Source: Candidatus Nanopusillus sp. (GTDB taxonomy: Archaea; Nanobdellota; Nanobdellia; Nanobdellales; Nanobdellaceae). Taken from it: a DNA stretch of 24,389 nucleotides. The position numbers and the translations under genes are program-made. This document shows positions 8,225 to 15,903 of this stretch, piece by piece. The DNA is taken from NCBI GenBank assembly GCA_046536775.1, contig JAWDMD010000005.1:1-24389 (forward strand), given 5' to 3'. Within the stretch, counting starts at the first letter, position 1. The number at the start of each line of letters is the position of its first letter. The notes under the pieces were generated by a model. That model did not search any database. It was given only the letters and a program-made list of their open reading frames with translations, and was not told the DNA's origin.

Positions 8225-8860
8225 TTACCTAAATATATCTAACACACTGTTTATATTGCTTTTTGATTCTTCCAATTTTTCTTTTAATCCTCTTATGCTG
8301 TCTAATCTCTTGTTTTCATCTTCCTTTAATTCAGTAATTATCCTTTCTACCTCAGACATCTTTTCCTTTAATTGTTGTAATAACTCTCTAACCCTCTTAT
8401 AATCCTCTATCTTTATTAACAATTCTTTTCTTACTTCTAATGGTTTTTCTTCTTTTAAATATTGTTTATGAACCTTTTCTTTAAGTTTTTCCTTCAATAG
8501 AGGTTTAGTTTCTTGTAATTGTGATTGTTGTTGAGCAAATCCTTGATTTCCAAATGTTGGTTGTTGGTTAGTAATACCTTGGACTGCGCCAAAATTGGTT
8601 TGTTGGCCTATACCTGTGGGTTGTTGAGCAAATCCTTGATTTCCAAATGTTGGTTGTTGGTTTTGATTTCCAAATCCTCCAAAACTACCCGGGTTGGTGT
8701 TATAATCATAAAGATTCTGGCCAGTTCCAGACATACCGTAATTATTACCCATATCTGTTGACATACCGCCTACACCCCCGAGTTGGTTTTTTAAATTATC
8801 TAGATCTCCATAAAAATCTTCTTCATTTTTCTTCTTATTCTTAAATAAACCCAGTGCCAT
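8225..8860 (-). CDS. Hypothetical protein: short basic N-terminus + ~90-aa G/Q/N/F-rich low-complexity region + C-terminal coiled coil
   Basis: The 211-aa protein has three parts. The N-terminus is MALGLFKNKKK. An almost uncharged region follows, with SFGGFG, TFG, NFG, TFG and two copies of NQQPTFGNQGFAQQ. The C-terminal ~95 aa are K/E-rich and helical. Confidence 0.6.
   Translation of the reverse strand: MALGLFKNKKKNEEDFYGDLDNLKNQLGGVGGMSTDMGNNYGMSGTGQNLYDYNTNPGSFGGFGNQNQQPTFGNQGFAQQPTGIGQQTNFGAVQGITNQQPTFGNQGFAQQQSQLQETKPLLKEKLKEKVHKQYLKEEKPLEVRKELLIKIEDYKRVRELLQQLKEKMSEVERIITELKEDENKRLDSIRGLKEKLEESKSNINSVLDIFR
8528..8662. repeat. Perfect 42-bp direct repeat, two copies 93 bp apart, inside the low-complexity CDS
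   Basis: 8528-8569 is identical to 8621-8662 (TTGTTGAGCAAATCCTTGATTTCCAAATGTTGGTTGTTGGTT on the + strand). The 93-bp offset equals 31 codons, and each copy encodes NQQPTFGNQGFAQQ. Confidence 0.9.
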
Positions 8861-8896
8861 ATAATATAATTAATAAGTCATAAAATATAAATCTTA

Positions 8897-11710
8897 TTAT
8901 TCGAAAAATACAATGGCTGGTTTATATGGCATTGCCCTATTTTTCTTAGATTCTTTTGATTCTTCCTCATATTCTATAATTATATCTTTAACATTTAATT
9001 CAGATTTAAATAAATCCTTAGCAGAATTTAATAGTTCATATTCTTTTTCTCTATCTAAAAATTCATCAAGTATATACATATTTCTCTTTACAAACAACAA
9101 TATGTCCTTATAATTTTGATAATTTTTTAAAAATTCATCAATCTTGTCTCTATTATTTTTTAATTCATTAAATAATTCATATTTTTCTTTACTTGCAATT
9201 ATTATTTTTATTTTATCAAATTTTTTATTATTCGTTAATATTTTTAACTTTATTAAATCATCCCTTATAGATTTCACATATTTTTCATGTTTTTCATATT
9301 CATCTGTATAAACTAAATTTTCTGGATATCTTATATTAAATGGATCTAAACCAATTTTTTCAAATATTTCAGAAATAATGTGAGGAACTATTGGATATAA
9401 AAATATTGCCTTATATTCAATATATTTATTTATAACTTCCCCATTTGTCCTACCAGAAGATCTCTTTAAATACCATTCAAAAGAATTATCCAATTCAAAT
9501 ATATTATTAACAACATTCATATAATTTAATTTCTCGTATTCATTTTCAATTTCTTCTGCCAATTTATTTAACTTATTTTCAAACCATAGATCAATATAAC
9601 TTTTTTCATATTTCTGATATTTATTGTAATTTTCTATTGAATAATTATAAAATGATATTAAATATTTTATTACAAATTCTGATTTATCTAAATCTATTTT
9701 TGCATCATCATAAGATGAATTTGCCGACATTGAAATAATAAATCTCAATATATCTGCAGAATATTTTCTTAAAGCATCTCTTATTGATATGTAATTTCCC
9801 AAAGATTTAGACATTTTTCTTCCCAATGCATCTACAGCATATCCATTTATGGCAATACCTCTTGGCCAATATTTTTTATCAAATATTGCAACATGATGAA
9901 ATATAAAGAATGATAGATGATTTGGAATTAAATCTTTTCCAGAGCTTCTTAAATCAACTGGATACCAATATTCAAATTCCTCCTTCATCTTTTTTGCAAT
10001 ATCCCCATATTTTCTTATTATCTCCTCTTCATTTCCTTTATTCAAAAATATATAATCAAATAGATCGTCTTCAATTTTATTTGGATCTATGTTTTTTATT
10101 AAGTGAGCAATTGTGTAAAATGCCATATATATTGTAGAATCTGATAATGATTCTATAACCCAGGATTTATCCCAAGGTAAAGGCGTTCCCAATTCATCCT
10201 TATTATGCGCACATGCCCAATCTTTTAGCCAACCAATCTTCTGATAAAAATCTTGTTTTGCATAATCTGGATAAAAGTTCATATTTTCTACACATTCATA
10301 AGCAAGTTTTTTCCATTCAGGATCTGAATATTTTAAGAACCATTGATTATCTATAATTTTTACAATACACAAATTGCCATATCTAGATTCGAATCTTGGT
10401 TTTAATGTATAATGTACTTTTGCTATGTTGTTTTCTATAAAATCTTTGACTATATTATCTTTTGCTTCATATATCTTCATACCACTATATTTTCCAAAAA
10501 CATCTGTTAATATCCCATTATAATATTCTAGAGAATATATTTCTTTTGTTGCATCTTCTAATTTTTGTATATCTTTCTGATTATCTATTTTTATTTTTTC
10601 AACAATCTCTTTTGCTGGTATATTATATCTGGGAACATTAAATAAAACTTTCATATTATCTAAACATTTCTTAGCTATTTCTTTATATTCTGTATCTAAT
10701 AAATCTTTTAATCCAATATAATCATATGGGGCATGAGAGGGAACGCTCATAACAATACCACTTCCAGTCTTTATATCTACAAATTCTGCAGGTAATATTG
10801 GTACTTCTTCATTTGTTAATGGATTTATACATATTTTTTCAATTAGTTCTTTAACATTAATGTCTTTGTTTTTTTCTAATCTATATCCTTGTGCATTAAA
10901 TTCTTCAACAATTATTGTATCTGGTAATATATACTTATTACCACTCTCTTTATCTATATATACTGAATATTTTCCATTTGGATTTATCCATATGTTAGTT
11001 ACTCCATATAATGTTTCTGGCCTTAATGTAAATGCTGGTAATATTATATCTTCATCTTTTAATCTAAACAAGATTATATAACCCTCTGTGGGACCTATTC
11101 CAGCATATTCATCTGACCTATCATGATCACCAACAGATATATTTGCAACTGGATCATATACTACTGGATGCTCTCCAGTAATAACCAAACCCTTTTCTTT
11201 TAATTTTCTATATTGCCATTCTATAAATTTATTATACCATGGATGTAAATATGTCGTATAAAATTTCCTTCTCCAATCTATCGAACATCCCAAATTTTTT
11301 ATATCTTCTTCAGCCTTTTCTACAAAATATAAAGCCCATCCTGCAGGATCTTTTAATTTTTCTATATCCTCATCAGAAATTCCTTCATCTTTTAATTCCC
11401 CTATAAGTTTTTTATCTCCATTTCTTAATTTCCATGATTTTGCAACAATTGGAGATCCTGTTAGATGAAAACCTTGGGGAAATAGTACATTATAACCCTT
11501 TAATCTTTTATATCTAGCAATAATATCTACTCTAGATAAAGATAAAGCAGTACCAATATGAAGAAATCCGCTTACATATGGATATGGAAATGTAACGAAA
11601 AATTTTGGTTTTTCTTTATTAGGATTTGAATAATATACTTGTTTCTCATCCCATATGTTTTGCCATTTTTTCTCTATCTCTTTAAAGAATTCTATATTAT
11701 TTTCATTCAT
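8897..11710 (-). CDS. leuS: Leucyl-tRNA synthetase, archaeal type
   Basis: The 937-aa protein is collinear by eye with archaeal LeuRS. Shared blocks include TLRPETLYGVTN, GTPLPWDKSWVIESLSDSTIYMAFYTI, EFEYWYPVDLRSSGKDLIPNHLSFFIFHHVAIF, RKMSKSLGN (KMSKS) and the C-terminal AMPYKPAIVFFE. The HIGH position reads LHIGTA. Confidence 0.95.
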   Translation of the reverse strand: MNENNIEFFKEIEKKWQNIWDEKQVYYSNPNKEKPKFFVTFPYPYVSGFLHIGTALSLSRVDIIARYKRLKGYNVLFPQGFHLTGSPIVAKSWKLRNGDKKLIGELKDEGISDEDIEKLKDPAGWALYFVEKAEEDIKNLGCSIDWRRKFYTTYLHPWYNKFIEWQYRKLKEKGLVITGEHPVVYDPVANISVGDHDRSDEYAGIGPTEGYIILFRLKDEDIILPAFTLRPETLYGVTNIWINPNGKYSVYIDKESGNKYILPDTIIVEEFNAQGYRLEKNKDINVKELIEKICINPLTNEEVPILPAEFVDIKTGSGIVMSVPSHAPYDYIGLKDLLDTEYKEIAKKCLDNMKVLFNVPRYNIPAKEIVEKIKIDNQKDIQKLEDATKEIYSLEYYNGILTDVFGKYSGMKIYEAKDNIVKDFIENNIAKVHYTLKPRFESRYGNLCIVKIIDNQWFLKYSDPEWKKLAYECVENMNFYPDYAKQDFYQKIGWLKDWACAHNKDELGTPLPWDKSWVIESLSDSTIYMAFYTIAHLIKNIDPNKIEDDLFDYIFLNKGNEEEIIRKYGDIAKKMKEEFEYWYPVDLRSSGKDLIPNHLSFFIFHHVAIFDKKYWPRGIAINGYAVDALGRKMSKSLGNYISIRDALRKYSADILRFIISMSANSSYDDAKIDLDKSEFVIKYLISFYNYSIENYNKYQKYEKSYIDLWFENKLNKLAEEIENEYEKLNYMNVVNNIFELDNSFEWYLKRSSGRTNGEVINKYIEYKAIFLYPIVPHIISEIFEKIGLDPFNIRYPENLVYTDEYEKHEKYVKSIRDDLIKLKILTNNKKFDKIKIIIASKEKYELFNELKNNRDKIDEFLKNYQNYKDILLFVKRNMYILDEFLDREKEYELLNSAKDLFKSELNVKDIIIEYEEESKESKKNRAMPYKPAIVFFE

Positions 11711-11764
11711 AAAGTAATTTAAATATATGAATACTTTTAAAATTATTTTTTATGATTTTATTAA

Positions 11765-12382
11765 ATGGCATATAATAAAAAGTATGCTGATTGGGGTAAA
11801 AAGGTATGGGTAGATATATATGCACCTGTGGAAATATTTAATGAAAATAAAATTGGAGAAACGCCAGTAAACAAAGATAATATTGAAAATGTAATTGGAA
11901 GATCTATAGATCTAAATCTTGCGTTTATATTGAATAATTTTAAATATCAGAACTATAAGGTTATATTTCAGATAAATGAAATATCGGGACTAAAAGCTCA
12001 CACAAAAGTAATTGATGTAATGCTATATCAATCATATACTAGAAGAATAACTAAAAAAGGAACATCGAAAATAGAAGATTCTTTTATAGTAAAAACAAGT
12101 GATGGACATATGGTAAGGATAAAACCACTGGTTATTACAAGATTTAAAGCCCATAGATCACAAAGAGCTGAAATAAGAAAAACATATAGGAAATATTTAG
12201 AAGAAAAAGTTTCTTCATTAAAGTATTATGAACTAATTGAAAAAGTAATAAATTATGATTTACAAAATGAAATAAAGCCAGCATTAAATAAAATATTTCC
12301 TGTCAGTAATGTTGAAATAAAAAGAATAACAATAATAGACCAAGCTAAGCAGAGAGTTCCACAAACAGTAGAAAATAAATAA
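11765..12382 (+). CDS. rps3ae: 30S ribosomal protein S3Ae (eS1)
   Basis: 205 aa. KVWVDIYAPVEIF...IGETPV...VIGRSIDLNL...TSDGHMVRIKPLVITRFKAHRSQRAEIRK...KIFPVSNVEIKRI follows the S3Ae pattern (W-Y-x-I-x-AP, GR, T-x-DG-x-x-R, IYP-x-x-x-V-E-I-R-K). Confidence 0.85.
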   Translation: MAYNKKYADWGKKVWVDIYAPVEIFNENKIGETPVNKDNIENVIGRSIDLNLAFILNNFKYQNYKVIFQINEISGLKAHTKVIDVMLYQSYTRRITKKGTSKIEDSFIVKTSDGHMVRIKPLVITRFKAHRSQRAEIRKTYRKYLEEKVSSLKYYELIEKVINYDLQNEIKPALNKIFPVSNVEIKRITIIDQAKQRVPQTVENK

Positions 12383-13531
12383 TTATTTTTTAATTTCTAT
12401 TAAAAATCCTTTAAGATATGATAATTCCTTATGAGGAAATATAACTTTATGATCTAGAGCCTGATTAAATTTATACAATATTTCAAATTTCTTATTCTTT
12501 CTCCTTATTAATGATCTAATTAATGAATAAAATTTTCTTTCATTTAAATCTTGAGAACATGAAAATGTTATTAAGTATCCTTCATCAATTAAATCCAAGG
12601 CAATAGAATTTATTAATATAAAACTCCTAATTCCTTCTTCATAATTTTCTGCTAATAAATCTGGAGGATCTAATATAATTATATCAAATTTTCTTTTTTC
12701 TAAATAAAATTGATTTAATATTCTATATGCATTACCATTTATAACATTAGAATTTTCTATATTATTTAATTTTAAATTCTTATATAATATACCAACTGAT
12801 TCTTTGTTTTTTTCAATAAAATATTTTTCTTCTCCATTAATAATTATACCGAAAGATCCTGAATATGAAAACACATCTAAAATTTTATCTCCATATAATT
12901 GATTAACAATCTTCCTATTCTCTCTTTGATCTAAAAACCAACCAGTCTTTTGTCCCTTTAATATATTTATATAAAATTTTTTATTGAGCTCTTCTATTTC
13001 AGTTTCATATTTATCCCCATAAATAAACCTTTCTATGGGTTTTAAATAAGATCTTTCTCTCTGTTTTCCTATACTCTTTTCATAAATTGTAATATCATTT
13101 CCATATATATCTATTAATGCATCCCCAATTATATTAATATTTTTATCAAAAAAAGCATTTGAGTTTTGTATTACAAATATATCATTATATTTATCGATAA
13201 TTAAACCTGATAAAAAATCAGACTCCGAATATATTAATCTATAATGATTTTTATAATTTATTATTTTCTCTCTATACTCTTTCGCTTTCTTTATTTTTTC
13301 CTTTATCTCATTATATATATCTATATCTTCATTATATGAAAATATTCTAATATAACGATATGGATCTTTTGGATTTATTATTCCCCAAGCCAGAAAATTA
13401 TTATTATACTTTAATTTAACCAACTCACCAGGTTCAGCTTCGATTTTTTTAATCCAATTTACAGAAAAAACCTGTCTTCCTTTTCTTATCTCTCTTTTTA
13501 CTCTATCCCCAACTTTAATTTCATATTGCAT
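12383..13531 (-). CDS. Class I SAM-dependent RNA methyltransferase with N-terminal PUA-like domain (RlmI/COG1092-like)
   Basis: The N-terminus (REIRKGRQVFSVNWIKKI...GELVKL...FLAWGIINPKDPYRYIRIFS) resembles the RlmI PUA/EEHEE region. ILDVFSYSGSFGI is SAM motif I and FDIIILDPPD is motif IV. The stop abuts the S3Ae stop with zero spacer (12382/12383). Confidence 0.8.
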   Translation of the reverse strand: MQYEIKVGDRVKREIRKGRQVFSVNWIKKIEAEPGELVKLKYNNNFLAWGIINPKDPYRYIRIFSYNEDIDIYNEIKEKIKKAKEYREKIINYKNHYRLIYSESDFLSGLIIDKYNDIFVIQNSNAFFDKNINIIGDALIDIYGNDITIYEKSIGKQRERSYLKPIERFIYGDKYETEIEELNKKFYINILKGQKTGWFLDQRENRKIVNQLYGDKILDVFSYSGSFGIIINGEEKYFIEKNKESVGILYKNLKLNNIENSNVINGNAYRILNQFYLEKRKFDIIILDPPDLLAENYEEGIRSFILINSIALDLIDEGYLITFSCSQDLNERKFYSLIRSLIRRKNKKFEILYKFNQALDHKVIFPHKELSYLKGFLIEIKK

Positions 13532-14852
13532 ATTCTGTTGATAATATTAGGTAATACAAACCTGAATTTATATTACCCATATTTATTAAATCTTTTCCAA
13601 ATTGTAAATAATTGTAAGAAGTTATAGAAAATCCATATTTATTATAGTAATAATAATCTAATTGTTCTATTGATTTTATAGTATAATTACTAATATAATT
13701 TGTACTATTAGCTATATAGAAGAAATATAAATTAGATAGATAATCCATTTTTTCAAAACAAGATAGATTTGTTGGTAATTGATATTGATATAAATATTGG
13801 ATTAATGTATATTGTTGATCTATCAATGAACATTGATTTTCTTTATATATATTATTTGTTATTGATAAAAATTGTGCCCAACCAATTGCAGAATAATATC
13901 TCCAATATGCTTCTTGTAAATTATCTAAAGTTTCATTAGCATCTTCTAGTCTCGATATTGTTTGATATTTTATTTCTTCACATTCATAATTTCCAAAACA
14001 TTGATAATTATTTATATAATTATAAAAATCTGTTATATTTTTTTCTAATTCTTCTTTAGTTATATTTGGATAGAATTGGGGATTTGTAACTTTTTGTTCA
14101 AAACATAAACTTGCTGCTGTATAATAGTCTCCTAAAGAAATATAATAATTTACAGTACTATTATTTACCCCACTGCATATTTCATTCGTTATATTTTCTA
14201 TAACGTCAATATAATCTTGAGAAACATTATACGTATTATTAAATTGTTCTCCCAAATATATTTTTTCTAAATCAAGTATAGTATATACAGGGATTATTTT
14301 AGAATTATTATAATATGGAGCTACCATATATGGAAAATATTGCAAAGTTGCATTTAGTTTATACCCAATACCTTCAACTGGTGCTACTATACCATCTGGT
14401 AACATAAAACCAGTAATTGGATAGTTAACTATTGTGGTTTTATTTGATAAAGCTTCTAAAATAAGTAAAGTTAATCCTGCAGTACCAGAAAAACCTTCTG
14501 CAAACAATACATCATTTGAACTGAAATAATAATCATAATTATTACATTTATCAGGATATATATTACATGCTGCAACCTTTGCAAATAAATATGCCAAATC
14601 ATAATCATCATATGGTATTGGAGGAATCTTTGCATATACATTTCCAGAACCTGGAGATATTCTTAAGAAAAATTGTGTAACTTCTCCAGATAAATTATTT
14701 GTTTGATTTAAAACTGCTGGAATATAAACAAAGTATTTTCCACTATAATAAAAGTTATATTCTCCCAAATTTAGCAAAATTATTAAAAATAATACTATTG
14801 CCAATATAGATAAGGCTATACTTATATTACGTAACCATATTTTCCTGTTCAT
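13521..14852 (-). CDS. Membrane-anchored Lon-protease-like (S16, Ser-Lys dyad) domain protein lacking an ATPase module, with Cys- and sequon-rich C-terminal domain
   Basis: An N-terminal TM helix (ISIALSILAIVLFLIILLNL) is present. GEVTQFFLRISPGSGNVY...FAEGFSGTAGLTLLILEALS...YPITGFMLPDGIVAPVEGIGYKLNA parallels Lon_C (DGPSAG...ITGEI-x-G-x-V-x-P-[IV]-GG-x-x-x-K). The architecture matches the archaeal COG1750 predicted serine proteases. The ORF overlaps the methyltransferase start by 11 nt. Confidence 0.6.
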   Translation of the reverse strand: MNRKIWLRNISIALSILAIVLFLIILLNLGEYNFYYSGKYFVYIPAVLNQTNNLSGEVTQFFLRISPGSGNVYAKIPPIPYDDYDLAYLFAKVAACNIYPDKCNNYDYYFSSNDVLFAEGFSGTAGLTLLILEALSNKTTIVNYPITGFMLPDGIVAPVEGIGYKLNATLQYFPYMVAPYYNNSKIIPVYTILDLEKIYLGEQFNNTYNVSQDYIDVIENITNEICSGVNNSTVNYYISLGDYYTAASLCFEQKVTNPQFYPNITKEELEKNITDFYNYINNYQCFGNYECEEIKYQTISRLEDANETLDNLQEAYWRYYSAIGWAQFLSITNNIYKENQCSLIDQQYTLIQYLYQYQLPTNLSCFEKMDYLSNLYFFYIANSTNYISNYTIKSIEQLDYYYYNKYGFSITSYNYLQFGKDLINMGNINSGLYYLILSTEYAI

Positions 14853-14875
14853 TCTTATTCAAATAGAAAAAATAT

Positions 14876-15750
14876 TTATAAATCTCTATTATCTACTAAT
14901 TTTGAAGACTCGATTAATTCATTTAAGCTATTTAAATATTTTTCTACTATTTTTGGGTTATATCTTACTCTAAAACCAATTTTAAAGTAATATAAATATT
15001 TATTGTTTATATATGTGGTTTCTACCCTTTCTTCTAAATTTAAATTATAGGCATAATATCCATTTCCGTAAGTTTTAATTATATTATGATTATTTTTTAT
15101 TATTTTTTGTGCATTATATAAATTTTTTGTACCTTCAGCATAAAAAATAAGTATTCCACGAAGGTCTCTTTTTTTAGGATTTCTAATTAGGCCAAGTTTT
15201 ATTGTATTTTCTAATAAATATCGATATGATGATAATTGATCTGAACTTGTTTGTATTCTATTGAGAACTTTTTTAATAAGATTTTCGTCCTTTTTTGATC
15301 CTGGCCAATTATAGAAGTCATCAAGATTAAAAGATTTTACTTCAAGAATTTTCACTTTATCATATTCAAAAATTAAGCCATCAGGTTTTCCAACTATTAA
15401 TATAGGATTTAAATTAGTAGGGTATTCAACAGATATTAAATACCCTTGGCTTGATTTTGTCTTTGATCGTATTATATCCTCAAGAGATTCTGCAATTTCT
15501 TTATTTTTTCCTTTCCCTTGGATATTTTCGAATATTTTATAACCATTTTTTCATTAGTTCTTTTAATAAGAGAAACTGCAGCTATTGTAGGTATATTTCC
15601 ATATTTTGCTCTTAAATCTTTTAAAAAATCTTTTAATCTTTTTTTATATAAATTATATTCATTGTAATCATGTTCATTTTGGTTGTTTATTTCCATATTT
15701 ATTCTTTCTATCAAATCATCTATTGTTGCCACTTTATAGTAATTATTCAT
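14876..15750 (-). pseudogene. PD-(D/E)XK nuclease-like gene split by a 1-nt frame change at an A6 run (two track ORFs are one gene)
   Basis: ORF 14876-15355 starts at GTG, but its frame stays open upstream to 15550. That overlaps ORF 15472-15750, whose frame differs by one. Joining the two at the homopolymer at 15546-15551 (A6 on the minus strand) gives ...LIKRTNEK/KNGYKIFENIQGKGKNKEIAESLEDIIRSKTKSSQGYLISVEYPTNLNPILIVGKPDGLIFEYDKVKILEVKSFN... This contains E...PD-x(13)-E-V-K, the PD-(D/E)XK core. Confidence 0.55.
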
Positions 15751-15786
15751 AGATGAATAGTTAATATTACCTATTTATAAAATAAA
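15751..15786 (-). promoter_or_regulatory. Oligo-T tract after tRNA-Ser overlapping a TATA-like box for the nuclease-like gene (leaderless spacing)
   Basis: The minus strand just after the tRNA reads TTTATTTTATAAATAGG. TTTATAAATA at 15781-15772 is centred about 26 nt before ATG 15750. TTTATTTT is a plausible archaeal oligo-T termination signal. Confidence 0.35.
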
Positions 15787-15870
15787 CGCCGCGGGTGGGA
15801 TTTGAACCCACGCCCCCTTTCGGGGAATGGATTAGCAATCCATCCCCTTGGGCCGCTCGGGCACCGCGGC
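15787..15870 (-). tRNA. tRNA-Ser (anticodon GCU), class II with long variable arm
   Basis: The reverse complement folds as GCCGCGG-TG-CCC-GAGCGGCCCAA-GGG-G-ATGGA-TTGCTAA-TCCAT-TCCCCGAAAGGGGGC-GTGGG-TTCAAAT-CCCAC-CCGCGGC-G. The element is 84 nt with discriminator G and no encoded CCA. Confidence 0.9.
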
Positions 15871-15893
15871 ATATTAAATCTTTAAAAATTATT

Positions 15894-15901
15894 ATTTATA
15901 A
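15894..15901 (-). promoter_or_regulatory. TATA-like box for tRNA-Ser
   Basis: TTATAAAT on the minus strand is centred about 27 nt upstream of tRNA position +1 (15870). Confidence 0.4.
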
Positions 15902-15903
15902 CT

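Noticed and set aside
6267-11081. Track ORFs 6267-6452(+), 8525-8761(+), 8647-8844(+), 8913-9113(+), 9910-10137(+) and 10860-11081(+).
   Set aside because: They are nested in alternative frames or antisense to the GT2, the low-complexity protein and leuS. They have no motifs or independent start context. The two at 8.5-8.8 kb simply mirror the internal repeat of the real minus-strand gene.
15541-15556. Programmed -1 ribosomal frameshifting as the explanation for the split nuclease-like gene (A-rich heptamer AAAAAAT).
   Set aside because: In the upstream zero frame the codons are GAA-AAA-ATG. The heptamer is therefore not in the X-XXY-YYZ register required for tandem slippage, and I see no downstream stem-loop or pseudoknot. 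A homopolymer indel, real or from sequencing, is the simpler explanation.
15751-15903. tRNA-Ser, and likewise tRNA-Gly at 8146-8216, as an integration site (attachment-site duplication) for the adjacent nuclease gene or for the GC-rich island.
   Set aside because: I found no second copy of either tRNA's 3' half anywhere in the window, and no integrase. The GC-rich island begins about 1.7 kb away from tRNA-Ser, behind native-looking AT-rich genes.
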